From Clostridia bacterium (lineage in GTDB: Bacteria > Bacillota > Clostridia > Christensenellales > Borkfalkiaceae), in the NCBI GenBank assembly GCA_017646555.1, contig JAGCMG010000151.1, forward strand, positions 1 through 32,162: a DNA stretch of 32,162 nucleotides, given 5' to 3'. Made by a program: the position numbers and the translations under genes. The notes beneath the pieces are model-generated. The model was not told where the DNA came from, ran no database searches, and saw nothing but the letters and a program-made list of their open reading frames with translations. Of the stretch, positions 8,783 to 18,063 are shown in pieces. Every line of letters starts with the position of its first letter. The first letter of the stretch is position 1.

Positions 8783-8820
8783 AAAAAACAAAAAAGCCCA
8801 CTAACGTTAGTCGGCTTTTT
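8783..8820 (-). terminator. intrinsic terminator downstream of cysK
   Basis: Minus strand reads AGCCGACTAAC/GTTAGTGGGCT (one mismatch) followed by TTTTTTGTTTTTT. Confidence 0.75.
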
Positions 8821-8832
8821 AAGTTTAATCGT

Positions 8833-9762
8833 TTATTTTTCAAAAAGAGGGGTAGAGAAATATCTTTCAGCAGTATCAGGAAGTACCGTTAAAACGGTTT
8901 TGCCTTTGCCTAACTTTTTAGCAAGTTTAATCGCCGCTGCAACGTTAGTGCCACTGCTTATGCCACATAATATACCTTCTTTTGAGGCAAGGTCTTTTGA
9001 AGTTTGCAACGCTTCTTCGTCTTTGATAATGCAAACGTCGTTAAAAAGGGTTTGGTTTAAGATTGCTGGAATAATACCGTCGCCTATACCCATTTGAATA
9101 TGCGTACCGATAGAGCCACCCGATAAAATAGCGGCGTTTTCAGGTTCAACAGCCCAAATAACGATATTAGGATTTTTTTCTTTTAAAGTTTCGCCGATAC
9201 CCGTAATCGTGCCACCCGTACCGATGCCTGAGCAGAACCCGTGAATAGGTTTACCAACCTGCGCTAAAATTTCGGCACCAGTGCCTTTTCTTTGAATTTC
9301 AGGGTTAGCAGGGTTTTCAAATTGTTGTGGTACGAAAACGTTTTTATCTTCGGCTTTCATTTTAAGTGCAAGTTTAAGACACTCTTCAATACAAAGCCCG
9401 ATATTGCCGTTGTCGTGAACTAAAATAACTTCTGCCCCGTATTGATTGACTAACTTGCGTCTTTCTTCGCTAACGGAATCAGGCATAATAATTTTAACCT
9501 TATAGCCCTTAACAGCGCCAACCAACGCTAAACCGATACCTTGGTTACCACTAGTTGGTTCAACGATAACTGAATTTTCGTTAAGAAGTCCTTTTCTTTC
9601 TGCGTCTTCAATCATATTGAGTGCAGTACGCGTTTTGATAGACCCACCGACGTTAAGCCCTTCAAACTTAACTAAAATTTCAGCGTCGTTTTCACCTACC
9701 ATACGATTAAGTTTTATAATCGGTGTGTTACCGATTGCTTCAAGAATATTTTTACAAATCAT
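8833..9762 (-). CDS. cysK: cysteine synthase A (O-acetylserine sulfhydrylase)
   Basis: 309 aa. Contains the PLP-lysine region GGSIKTR, EPTSGNQGIGLA and GIGTGGTITG. Confidence 0.92.
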   Translation of the reverse strand: MICKNILEAIGNTPIIKLNRMVGENDAEILVKFEGLNVGGSIKTRTALNMIEDAERKGLLNENSVIVEPTSGNQGIGLALVGAVKGYKVKIIMPDSVSEERRKLVNQYGAEVILVHDNGNIGLCIEECLKLALKMKAEDKNVFVPQQFENPANPEIQRKGTGAEILAQVGKPIHGFCSGIGTGGTITGIGETLKEKNPNIVIWAVEPENAAILSGGSIGTHIQMGIGDGIIPAILNQTLFNDVCIIKDEEALQTSKDLASKEGILCGISSGTNVAAAIKLAKKLGKGKTVLTVLPDTAERYFSTPLFEK

Positions 9763-9814
9763 AACAAGCCTTTTTAGTAATATGCTAAAAATTGAGAAAA
9801 AGTTAAACGCTTTC

Positions 9815-9843
9815 TAAAAAATAAGTCCCCCGTGGGACTTATT
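9815..9843 (-). terminator. intrinsic terminator immediately after tRNA-Leu
   Basis: Minus strand reads AATAAGTCCC-acgg-GGGACTTATT followed by TTTTT. Confidence 0.8.
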
Positions 9844-9926
9844 TGGTGTGGGTAACAGGACTTGAACCTGCACGGTTGCCCATAAGCGTCTGAAACTTAC
9901 GCGTCTGCCAGTTCCGCCATACCCAC
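9844..9926 (-). tRNA. tRNA-Leu (anticodon CAG), class II with long variable arm, encoded CCA
   Basis: Hand-folded cloverleaf: acceptor GTGGGTA/TACCCAC, anticodon stem TAAGT/GCTTA with loop TTCAGAC, and T-loop TTCAAGT. Confidence 0.85.
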
Positions 9927-9936
9927 TTAAAGTAAA

Positions 9937-10010
9937 TGGAGCAGGTGAAGGGAATCGAACCCTCGAATGCTGCTTGGGAAGCAGCCATTTTACCATTAAA
10001 TTACACCTGC
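9937..10010 (-). tRNA. tRNA-Gly (anticodon CCC), encoded CCA
   Basis: Acceptor GCAGGTG/CACCTGC, anticodon stem GCTGC/GCAGC with loop TTCCCAA, and T-loop TTCGATT. Confidence 0.88.
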
Positions 10011-10089
10011 AAAATCACACGCTCATATAGTATAGCAATAAAATCGTCAAAAGTAAATTGAAATAGCGTAAAAAATTTTTTTTGAGTTA

Positions 10090-10118
10090 TTGCAAAACGG
10101 CAAATTATATTGTATAAT
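10090..10118 (+). promoter_or_regulatory. putative sigma-A promoter of the SPFH operon
   Basis: TTGCAA, then a 17-nt spacer, then TATAAT. It lies ~40 nt upstream of the start codon. Confidence 0.6.
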
Positions 10119-10159
10119 AGTTAAACGATAGTTAAATATTTTAAGGAAAGGGTATAGTT

Positions 10160-11200
10160 ATGGCTTTATTTTCCAAAATAATAGAATGGAGCGATAGTTC
10201 TAAAGATACGCTCGTTTACAAATATCCACTTGCAAAAGCAGGTAGGGAACTCAATAATAAAAGTAAACTTATCGTAAGGGAATCGCAAGAAGCAATTTTT
10301 GTTCACAAAGGTCAAATTTGCGATATTTTCCCTGCTGGCACTTACAATTTAGGGACGGAAATTTTTCCTATTTTAAGTAAACTTGCTGGCTGGCGTTACG
10401 GTTTTCAAACGCCTATCACTTGCGATATTTACTATATCAACACCAAACAATTCCCAGATATGAAGTGGGGTACGACCAACCCTATTATTATTCGCGACCC
10501 AGAGTTTGGTATGGTAAGGGTTAGGGGCTACGGTGCGTATTCGTTTAAGGTTGATAATTGTGAAATCTTCCTTAAAGAACTTTTCGGCACTAACTCGTCT
10601 TTTGAAACCGACGATATAACGGGTTGGCTTAAAACCACGCTCGTTAGTTATATTACCGACGCTATCGGCGAAAGCAAGGTTTCCGTTTTAGACCTTGCTG
10701 GAAACACGCTTGAATTTAACGAAATTATAAAAAGAAACGTTCAAGAAAAATTCAAAGAACTCGGCTTAAAACTCGTTAATTTCGTTATAGAAAATCTTTC
10801 ACTTCCACAAGAAGTTGAAAAGAGAATTGACGAACGCAGTGGTTACGGTATTTTGGCTGGCGCAACCGATACTATGATGAAAGTTGCCGCTGCTGAGGCT
10901 ATGAAAAACGCTGCTAAAAACGAAGGCGCTGGTGGTGCTTTTATGGGTGCTGGCGTTGGTGTTGGTGCAGGAGTTGGAATAGGTCAAATGTTTGCTGACG
11001 CTATGCGTACCACTAATGAAAAGCCACAAAAACAAGTGGATGAAACGACTTGTCCTTCTTGTGGGGCAAGCATTAGTAAAACGGCAAAATTCTGTCCTGA
11101 ATGTGGTCAAAAAATGGCCGTTCAAAAGTTTTGCGTAGAGTGTGGAAGTAAACTTTCAGTAAACGCAAAATTCTGTCCTGAATGTGGGGCAAAACAATAA
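10160..11200 (+). CDS. SPFH/band-7 domain protein with C-terminal double zinc ribbons (COG4260, YdjI-like)
   Basis: N-terminal SPFH-like domain, a Gly/Ala-rich linker, then CPSCG...CPECG and CVECG...CPECG. Confidence 0.75.
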   Translation: MALFSKIIEWSDSSKDTLVYKYPLAKAGRELNNKSKLIVRESQEAIFVHKGQICDIFPAGTYNLGTEIFPILSKLAGWRYGFQTPITCDIYYINTKQFPDMKWGTTNPIIIRDPEFGMVRVRGYGAYSFKVDNCEIFLKELFGTNSSFETDDITGWLKTTLVSYITDAIGESKVSVLDLAGNTLEFNEIIKRNVQEKFKELGLKLVNFVIENLSLPQEVEKRIDERSGYGILAGATDTMMKVAAAEAMKNAAKNEGAGGAFMGAGVGVGAGVGIGQMFADAMRTTNEKPQKQVDETTCPSCGASISKTAKFCPECGQKMAVQKFCVECGSKLSVNAKFCPECGAKQ

Positions 11201-11270
11201 AATGGAAGTATGCGTTATGCGCTATTTTGCGTATAACGGTTAAAAATTAAAGGTAAAAAAGGAGAAAATT

Positions 11271-11468
11271 ATGGAAAAGAAAATCACTGCTGAAACTAAA
11301 ATCTTCGACGCGCTTGAAATCAACCCAAACGCAGGTGAAATTTTAATGTCTTACGGTATGCATTGTTTAGGTTGCGCGCTCGCACACGGCGAAACCGTTG
11401 GTGAAGCGGCTGACGTTCACGGTGCTGACCTTGAAAAGATGCTTGAAGAACTTAACGATATCGAATAA
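11271..11468 (+). CDS. DUF1858 / hybrid-cluster-protein-associated redox disulfide domain protein
   Basis: 65 aa with an HCLGCA CxxC motif and GETVGEAA. SD AAGGAG lies upstream. Confidence 0.65.
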   Translation: MEKKITAETKIFDALEINPNAGEILMSYGMHCLGCALAHGETVGEAADVHGADLEKMLEELNDIE

Positions 11469-11476
11469 TTTTTGAG

Positions 11477-12556
11477 ATGGACGAAGTCAAAAACGGTGCT
11501 GAAAACAAACAAGTTTTAACCGAAAACGAACAATGCCCGAACTGTGGCAACAACTTAAAATTCGACCCAAAAACGCAAAGTTTATATTGTGAGTATTGTG
11601 AAACTTCGGTTGCAATAAATCAAAATTTCGCGTACGAAGAAAAGGACTTAAACTTAGGCGTTTTAGAAGAGTGCGACTGGCAAGAAGTTGCGCGTGCTTT
11701 TGAGTGCGAAAATTGTGGGGCAAGGGTAGTTCTTGATAAAAATGAAAGAGCGTCGAATTGCCCGTTTTGTAACACTCCACACGTAGTTGACGGCAAGGCT
11801 TACGCAGGGGTTAAACCGAACGTTGTCGTTCCGTTTTCCGTTTCGCAAGAGCAAGCGTCGGAAAGTTTGACTAAATGGGCGAAGAAAAAGTTTTTCGCTC
11901 CGTCCAAATTTAAAAAGAAATTTTCGCCTGAAAACTTAAAGGGCGTGTATATGCCGTGCTTTACTTTCGATAGCAATACTTTTTCGACTTATCACGGCAG
12001 AATAGGCAATCGCTACACGCGAACCGTTGGCTCGGGTAAAAATCGCCGTACCGAAAGTTATATCGTTTGGCGTACGATAAGTGGTAATTTTTCGTATTTT
12101 TTCGACGATATAACGATAACTGCCGGTGATAAACTTAGCGACGATAACCTTAAAAAGACGGGTGGATTTCCGTCTGAAAACAACCGCGTTTACGACGATA
12201 AGTATTTGTACGGATTTATGGCGTACGCAAAAACGCGTAGGGTAGACGATTGTTGGGCGCAAGCAAGGGGCGAAATGGATGCAAGGCTTAAAAGATTGAT
12301 TTTAAATCAGTATTCCTATGACGTGGTCGATTACGTAAGGGTTACTACTAAGCATTCTAACGCAAGATATAAGCATACGCTTGTTCCTGTGTACGTGGGG
12401 AATTTTAAATACGGCAAGAAAGATTACAATTTTATTTCTAACGGCGTAACTTCAAAGTGTGATGGCAAAACGCCCGTTTCACCGATAAAAGTTAGCGTAT
12501 TCAGTCTTTTTATTGCAGGAATTTTAGCGCTTTTGTATTTTTTATTGTTCACTTAA
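11477..12556 (+). CDS. membrane-anchored protein with two N-terminal zinc ribbons (YdjG-like architecture)
   Basis: CPNCG...CEYC and CENCG...CPFC, a ~230 aa beta-rich domain, and a C-terminal TM helix (VFSLFIAGILALLYFLLF). Confidence 0.55.
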   Translation: MDEVKNGAENKQVLTENEQCPNCGNNLKFDPKTQSLYCEYCETSVAINQNFAYEEKDLNLGVLEECDWQEVARAFECENCGARVVLDKNERASNCPFCNTPHVVDGKAYAGVKPNVVVPFSVSQEQASESLTKWAKKKFFAPSKFKKKFSPENLKGVYMPCFTFDSNTFSTYHGRIGNRYTRTVGSGKNRRTESYIVWRTISGNFSYFFDDITITAGDKLSDDNLKKTGGFPSENNRVYDDKYLYGFMAYAKTRRVDDCWAQARGEMDARLKRLILNQYSYDVVDYVRVTTKHSNARYKHTLVPVYVGNFKYGKKDYNFISNGVTSKCDGKTPVSPIKVSVFSLFIAGILALLYFLLFT

Positions 12557-12650
12557 AAGGCAAAAAACACAAGATATTGCTTATTTTTTAGGTCTTGACC
12601 ACAATCGCGAAAATATTTTTAAAATTTAATAAAAAACCGTTGAAAATTTG

Positions 12651-12679
12651 TTGACATAGTTTTGGATATTATGTATAAT
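12651..12679 (+). promoter_or_regulatory. consensus sigma-A promoter of the ribosomal S10 operon
   Basis: TTGACA (12651-12656), then exactly 17 nt, then TATAAT (12674-12679). An AT-rich UP-like tract lies upstream. Confidence 0.85.
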
Positions 12680-12920
12680 ATACGGGCTGTGTGAAATGGG
12701 ATTGACTTAGGAAGTTACTTAATCCGTTAACCCAAACGGAAGATAATTCCTAACGACAAATGTGGAAGCAAGACTTCTGCGACTAACTTCGGGTAAGAAT
12801 TAGCGGTCATTCGCAGCGACTTAAAATAGTTTAAGTATCGGCGAATGATTTTTTATTGCTTATTGCTCGACACACACGGCAAAGTATACACAAAAACGTT
12901 AGTATAAAAAGGAGAGAAAC
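12680..12920 (+). promoter_or_regulatory. ~235-nt structured 5' leader of rpsJ (candidate r-protein autoregulatory attenuator)
   Basis: Long hairpin at 12709-12751 (AGGAA.TTA...TCCGTT-aaccca-AACGGA...TAATTCCT) plus the terminator hairpin listed below. Confidence 0.6.
12807..12854 (+). terminator. intrinsic terminator inside the rpsJ leader (attenuator)
   Basis: TCATTCGC...ACTTAAA-atag-TTTAAGT...GCGAATGA followed by TTTTTT. It lies 66 nt upstream of the rpsJ ATG. Confidence 0.7.
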
Positions 12921-13220
12921 ATGGCAAGTCAAAAAATCAGAATTAAACTCGTGTCTTACGACCACGAAATGGTAGACCAAGCAGCAACAAGAATTGTTGA
13001 AACGATGAAGAAAGCCGGCGCAAAGATTTCCGGTCCTATTCCACTTCCTACCGAAAAAGAAGTAGTAACTATCTTACGCTCACCACACAAGTATAAAGAT
13101 AGTAGAGAACAATTCGAAATCAGAACGCACAAGCGTTTAATCGATATCTACTCACCAAACGTTAAGTTATTAGACAGCATTCACTTACCAGCAGGTGTAG
13201 ATATTAAAATTAAACTCTAA
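12921..13220 (+). CDS. rpsJ: 30S ribosomal protein S10
   Basis: [15 protein letters not shown]...; SD AAAGGAGAG; first gene of the cluster. Confidence 0.97.
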   Translation: MASQKIRIKLVSYDHEMVDQAATRIVETMKKAGAKISGPIPLPTEKEVVTILRSPHKYKDSREQFEIRTHKRLIDIYSPNVKLLDSIHLPAGVDIKIKL

Positions 13221-13378
13221 TTTGTAGGGTTTAAACATTATTTAAATAATAGGCAGTAATTCGCGACGCCGTAACACAGCAAATCCCACGGCAAAGCGGT
13301 TAACAAAAAAGGCTGGCGCTTACCTTAAAAGCGCAAAATAAGAACAAAGGTAAATATTTTTGGAGGTGAACTTTATCT

Positions 13379-14008
13379 ATGAATAAAGCAATCATTGGTA
13401 GAAAGTTGGGAATGACTCAATTATTTGCACAAGACGGCAAAGTTATTCCTGTAACGGTAGTGGAAGCAGGTCCGTGCCCAATCGTACAAGTTAAGACGGC
13501 AGAAAAGGACGGCTACACGGCAGTAAAACTCGGTTTTGACGAAGTGAACGAAAAAGTTCTTTCAAAACCTGCACTTGGTCAATTCAAGAAAGCAGGCGTA
13601 AAACCACAAAGAGAACTCAAGGAGTTCAGAGTAGAAGACGCAAGCGCATACGCAGTAGGTCAAGAAGTAAAGGCTGACGTGTTTGCAGTAGGCGACAAGG
13701 TAGACGTAACTGGTTTAACCAAAGGTCACGGTTATACCGGCGCAATCAAAAGATGGAATACCCACAGACTTAAAGAAACGCACGGTGTAGGCCCTGTACA
13801 CAGATCAGTAGGTTCTATGGGCGCAAACAGCACCCCATCCCGCGTATTCAAGGGTAAAAAGATGGCAGGTCAATATGGTCACGAACAAGTAACCATACAA
13901 AATCTCGAAATAGTAAAAGTCGACGTTGAAAGAAACGCAATCTTAATCAAAGGTGCGGTTCCAGGCCCAGTTAAAGGCATCGTAACGATTAAAGCAACCG
14001 TTAAATAA
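13379..14008 (+). CDS. rplC: 50S ribosomal protein L3
   Basis: ...GRKLGMTQLF...GHGYTGAIKRWN...; SD GGAGG. Confidence 0.97.
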   Translation: MNKAIIGRKLGMTQLFAQDGKVIPVTVVEAGPCPIVQVKTAEKDGYTAVKLGFDEVNEKVLSKPALGQFKKAGVKPQRELKEFRVEDASAYAVGQEVKADVFAVGDKVDVTGLTKGHGYTGAIKRWNTHRLKETHGVGPVHRSVGSMGANSTPSRVFKGKKMAGQYGHEQVTIQNLEIVKVDVERNAILIKGAVPGPVKGIVTIKATVK

Positions 14009-14019
14009 GGAGAAAAATC

Positions 14020-14643
14020 ATGCAAGTTAAATTATTTGATATGACCGCTAAGGAAGTTGGCGAATTAACCTTAAACGACCAGTTGTTCGATATCGAATAC
14101 AACGAAGCCGTTATTCACCAAGCAATCGTAACCCGTCTTGCAAACGAAAGACAAGGTACGAAGAGCACTCTTACCAGAAGTGAAGTAAGAGGCGGTGGCA
14201 TTAAGCCTTGGAGACAAAAAGGTACTGGTAGAGCAAGACAAGGTTCAATCCGTTCACCACAATGGATTCACGGTGGCGTGGTATTTGCACCAAAGCCAAG
14301 AGACTTCTCAAAGAAGATGAACCTCACCGCTAAAAGAGTAGCAATGTTCTCTGCTTTATCACAAAAAATCCGTGATAACGAAGTTATTTTCGTTGACGCA
14401 CTCGTAAGCGAAAATGGTAAAACCAAAGAAGTTGTAAGTTTCTTAAAAGCATTTGGTCTTGAAAAGACGGTACTTTTCGTAATGGATAACTCTGACGAAA
14501 AGGTATTAAGAGCAAGCGCAAACATTAAAGCAGTAAGCACTATCCCAGCAGAACAAATCAACACTTACGACATCGTAAAGAACGCTAAAGTAGTAATCAC
14601 TGCAGGCGCAATTGCAAAAATCCAGGAGGCTTATGAAGTATGA
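14020..14643 (+). CDS. rplD: 50S ribosomal protein L4
   Basis: ...GGGIKPWRQKGTGRARQGSIRSPQW... Confidence 0.97.
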   Translation: MQVKLFDMTAKEVGELTLNDQLFDIEYNEAVIHQAIVTRLANERQGTKSTLTRSEVRGGGIKPWRQKGTGRARQGSIRSPQWIHGGVVFAPKPRDFSKKMNLTAKRVAMFSALSQKIRDNEVIFVDALVSENGKTKEVVSFLKAFGLEKTVLFVMDNSDEKVLRASANIKAVSTIPAEQINTYDIVKNAKVVITAGAIAKIQEAYEV

Positions 14644-14930
14644 GAGCACACGATATAATCATTAAACCTATCCTTTCGGAAAAAAGCTACGCAGGTATTG
14701 CTGATAAAAAATACACTTTCGTAGTTGCAAAAAACGCTAACAAAACCGAAATCAAACTCGCTGTTGAAGAAATCTTCGGCGTAAAGGTAGAAAAGGTAAA
14801 CACCGCAAACGTAGACGGTAAAATGAGAAGAATGGGCGCGCACCAAGGTCTTACCCCGTCTTACAAGAAGGCTGTCGTTCAACTTAAGAAAGACAGCAAA
14901 TCAATCGAATTCTTCGATTCCTTATCTTAA
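14640..14930 (+). CDS. rplW: 50S ribosomal protein L23
   Basis: ATGA overlap with rplD; ...DIIIKPILSEKS... Confidence 0.95.
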   Translation: MRAHDIIIKPILSEKSYAGIADKKYTFVVAKNANKTEIKLAVEEIFGVKVEKVNTANVDGKMRRMGAHQGLTPSYKKAVVQLKKDSKSIEFFDSLS

Positions 14931-14947
14931 TTAGGAGGAATTAAATC

Positions 14948-15775
14948 ATGGCAGTTAAAAGATATAAGCCGACGTCGCCTGCTCGCCGTTTCATGACGGT
15001 TCACTCGTACGACGAAATCACGGCTAAAAAACCAGAAAGATCTCTTATCGAAGATCAAAGAAAGAGCGGTGGTAGAAACGCTACCGGCCGTATCACCGTA
15101 AGACATATCGGTGGCGGTAATAGACGTAAATACCGTATTATTGACTTTAAGAGAGATAAAGTTGATATTCCGGCAACCGTAAAAACTATCGAATACGACC
15201 CAAATAGAAGCGCTAATATCGCACTCGTATGCTATGCAGACGGCGCAAAGAGATACATCCTTGCACCAGTAGGTCTTAACGTAGGCGATAAGATTATCAG
15301 CAGTACTACTGCAGATATCAAAGCAGGTAACGCATTACCACTTGAAAACATCCCAGTTGGTACCATGGTTCACAACATTGAAATGCAACCGGGTAAAGGC
15401 GGTCAAATCGCGCGTTCAGCAGGTATGGCAGCACAACTTATGGCTAAAGAAGGTAAATACGCAACCATCAAAATGCCATCAGGCGAAATGAGATATATTC
15501 TCGCAACCTGTAAGGCAACTATTGGTCAAGTAGGTAACTTAGAACACGAAATCATCAGAATCGGTAAAGCAGGTAAAACTCGTCATATGGGTATCCGTCC
15601 TACCGTTCGTGGTGTGGTAATGAACCCTTGCGATCACCCTCACGGTGGTGGTGAAGGTAAATCACCTATCGGTCACCCAGGTCCACTTACTCCATGGGGT
15701 AAGCCAGCACTTGGTTACAAGACAAGAAAACGCAAGAAATCTTCTTCGAAGATGATTGTTACGAGAATAAATTAA
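14948..15775 (+). CDS. rplB: 50S ribosomal protein L2
   Basis: [15 protein letters not shown]...[13 protein letters not shown]... Confidence 0.98.
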   Translation: MAVKRYKPTSPARRFMTVHSYDEITAKKPERSLIEDQRKSGGRNATGRITVRHIGGGNRRKYRIIDFKRDKVDIPATVKTIEYDPNRSANIALVCYADGAKRYILAPVGLNVGDKIISSTTADIKAGNALPLENIPVGTMVHNIEMQPGKGGQIARSAGMAAQLMAKEGKYATIKMPSGEMRYILATCKATIGQVGNLEHEIIRIGKAGKTRHMGIRPTVRGVVMNPCDHPHGGGEGKSPIGHPGPLTPWGKPALGYKTRKRKKSSSKMIVTRIN

Positions 15776-15790
15776 GGAGGATAGCAGAAC

Positions 15791-16069
15791 ATGTCAAGAA
15801 GTGTCAAGAAAGGACCTTACGTGGAAGCAAGATTGCTTAAAAGAGTACAGGAACTTAATGAAAAGAACGATAAGAAAGTTTTAAAGACTTGGTCAAGAGC
15901 GTCTACTATTTTCCCTGAAATGGTAGGTCATACTATCGCCGTATACGACGGTAGAAAACACGTTCCCGTATACGTTACTGAAGATATGGTAGGTTGCAAA
16001 CTCGGTGAGTTCGCGCCAACCAGAACGTTCAAAGGACACGCCGGTGAAAAATCGACGGGTGCTAGATAA
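15791..16069 (+). CDS. rpsS: 30S ribosomal protein S19
   Basis: [11 protein letters not shown]...[17 protein letters not shown]... Confidence 0.97.
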   Translation: MSRSVKKGPYVEARLLKRVQELNEKNDKKVLKTWSRASTIFPEMVGHTIAVYDGRKHVPVYVTEDMVGCKLGEFAPTRTFKGHAGEKSTGAR

Positions 16070-16081
16070 TGGAGGTCTATT

Positions 16082-16468
16082 ATGGCTAAGAATATGAAAG
16101 AAAAAGCGATTAAACGCGAAGAAAATAGAGATAAAAGACCTATGGCAATCGCTAAACACGTAAGAATTTCACCTTACAAGGTAAGAATCGTTCTTAACCT
16201 TATTAGAGGTAAGAGTTACGCTGAAGCGGTAGCAATTTTAACCTACACACCGAAATCTGCATCTGAACCAATTAAGAAAGTTCTTATGTCGGCAGCAGCA
16301 AATGCAGAACACAATCTCGGTATGAGCAAAGACAATTTATACGTAGCAGCATGCTTTGCTGACCAAGGTTCAACCTTAAAAAGAGTTCAACCGGTTTCAA
16401 AGGGCAGAGCGTACAGAATCTTAAAGCGCACCAGTCACATCACCGTGATTTTGGATGCAAAAGCGTAA
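16082..16468 (+). CDS. rplV: 50S ribosomal protein L22 (with ~18-20 aa basic N-terminal extension)
   Basis: SD GGAGG lies 6 nt upstream of 16082; ...[21 protein letters not shown]... Confidence 0.9.
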   Translation: MAKNMKEKAIKREENRDKRPMAIAKHVRISPYKVRIVLNLIRGKSYAEAVAILTYTPKSASEPIKKVLMSAAANAEHNLGMSKDNLYVAACFADQGSTLKRVQPVSKGRAYRILKRTSHITVILDAKA

Positions 16469-16478
16469 GGAGGACGAT

Positions 16479-17144
16479 ATGGGACAAAAAGTTAATCCAC
16501 ACGGCTTAAGAGTCGGCATCATTAAAGATTGGGACACCCAATGGTACGCTCCTAAAAAAGATATTGCTAAATATCTTAAAGAAGATAACGTTATTCGTAC
16601 CGCTTTAAAGAAAAAGTATTATCAAGCTGCAATCAGCAAAATCGTTATCGAACGTGCTGCACAAAGACTTATCGTAACCATGCACACTGGTAGACCAGGC
16701 GTACTTATCGGTAAAGCAGGCGCAGAAATCGAAATTATCAAAGCAACCATCGCAAAACTCACTGGTAGCAAGCAAATTTCTATCAATATCGTAGAAGTTA
16801 AACGCCCAGATTGCGACGCACAATTAGTTGCTGAATCAATCGCTGCTCAACTTGAAAAGAGAGTATCTTTCAGAAGAGCAATGAAACAATCCATTTCCCG
16901 TTCAATGAGAAGCGGTGTAAAGGGTATCAAAGTAATGATTAGCGGTAGACTTGACGGCGCAGAAATCGCGCGTTCGGAAAGCCACCACGAAGGTTCTATT
17001 CCGCTTCAAACCTTAAGAGCGGATATTGATTACGGCTTTGCAGAAGCACACACCACCTTCGGTGTTATCGGTATCAAAACCTGGATTTATAAGGGTGAAG
17101 TTATCGGCCGTAGCAAAAAAGCTGTAGAAGGAGGCCAAGCATAA
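16479..17144 (+). CDS. rpsC: 30S ribosomal protein S3
   Basis: True start is [13 protein letters not shown] at 16479, preceded by AAGGAGG. The ORF-track start 16455 overlaps the end of rplV. Confidence 0.95.
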   Translation: MGQKVNPHGLRVGIIKDWDTQWYAPKKDIAKYLKEDNVIRTALKKKYYQAAISKIVIERAAQRLIVTMHTGRPGVLIGKAGAEIEIIKATIAKLTGSKQISINIVEVKRPDCDAQLVAESIAAQLEKRVSFRRAMKQSISRSMRSGVKGIKVMISGRLDGAEIARSESHHEGSIPLQTLRADIDYGFAEAHTTFGVIGIKTWIYKGEVIGRSKKAVEGGQA

Positions 17145-17146
17145 TT

Positions 17147-17590
17147 ATGTTAATGCCTAAAAGAGTAAAAAGAAGAAGAGTTCACCGCGGTAGAATGACT
17201 GGTAAATGCACCAAGGGTAATACTATTGCATACGGTGAATACGCACTCGTAGCAATGGAACCGGCTTGGATTAAGTCAAACCAAATCGAAGCAGCCCGTG
17301 TTGCTATGACAAGATTTATCAAGAGAGGCGGTAAAGTATGGATTGATATTTTCCCGCACAAACCAATTACCAAAAAGCCAGCGGATAGCCGTATGGGTAG
17401 TGGTAAAGGTTCGGTAGAATACTGGGTAGCAGTAGTTAAACCAGGCAGAGTAATGTTCGAAATGTCAGGTATTGACGAAGCAATCGCTAAAGAAGCAATG
17501 CGACTTGCTGCTCACAAGTTACCAATTAAAACCAAGTTCGTTAAAAAGAGCGATATGGTTAAAAATACTACGGAAGGAGATGCAGAATAA
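17147..17590 (+). CDS. rplP: 50S ribosomal protein L16
   Basis: [17 protein letters not shown]... Confidence 0.97.
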   Translation: MLMPKRVKRRRVHRGRMTGKCTKGNTIAYGEYALVAMEPAWIKSNQIEAARVAMTRFIKRGGKVWIDIFPHKPITKKPADSRMGSGKGSVEYWVAVVKPGRVMFEMSGIDEAIAKEAMRLAAHKLPIKTKFVKKSDMVKNTTEGDAE

Positions 17591-17784
17591 TGAAAGCGAA
17601 AGAACTTCAAGGTTTATCAGTTGCTGAACTCAACACAAAACTTGCGGAACTCAAAGAAGAATTATTCAATCTTCGTTTCCGTCATGCAACCGGACAGCTT
17701 GAAAATCCGGTGTCTTTAAGAAACTGCCGTCGTGAAATCGCAAGAGTACAAACGATTATCCGTCAGAAAGAATTAAAGGCGTAA
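17590..17784 (+). CDS. rpmC: 50S ribosomal protein L29
   Basis: 1-nt overlap with the rplP stop; ...ELFNLRFRHATGQLENP... Confidence 0.95.
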   Translation: MKAKELQGLSVAELNTKLAELKEELFNLRFRHATGQLENPVSLRNCRREIARVQTIIRQKELKA

Positions 17785-17796
17785 GGAAGGTGCAAT

Positions 17797-18051
17797 ATGG
17801 AAAGAAATCTCAGAAAAGAAAGAATCGGTATTGTAGTATCGGATAAAATGGATAAAACGGTAGTAGTTGCTATCGAAGAAAGATTCAAGCATCCGCTTTA
17901 CAAAAAGACAGTAAAAAAGACTCACAAATTTAAAGCACACGATGAACTCAACGCATGTGGCGTAGGCGATAAAGTATTAATCGTTGAAACCAGAAAACTC
18001 TCTAAGGACAAGAATTGGAGAGTAGCCGAAATCATCGAAAAGGCGAAGTAA
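17797..18051 (+). CDS. rpsQ: 30S ribosomal protein S17
   Basis: ...[17 protein letters not shown]...HPLYKK... Confidence 0.96.
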   Translation: MERNLRKERIGIVVSDKMDKTVVVAIEERFKHPLYKKTVKKTHKFKAHDELNACGVGDKVLIVETRKLSKDKNWRVAEIIEKAK

Positions 18052-18063
18052 TAGGAGGACGAC

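Noticed and set aside
9814-9996. 60-aa minus-strand ORF
   Set aside because: It lies entirely within the tRNA-Leu and tRNA-Gly genes and their spacer.
16455-16478. Longer N-termini offered by the ORF track for rpsC (16455), rpsH (19668) and feoB (28709)
   Set aside because: The conserved N-termini ([32 protein letters not shown]) start at internal ATGs. For rpsC and rpsH these have proper SDs. The extensions overlap upstream genes or, for feoB, a terminator hairpin.
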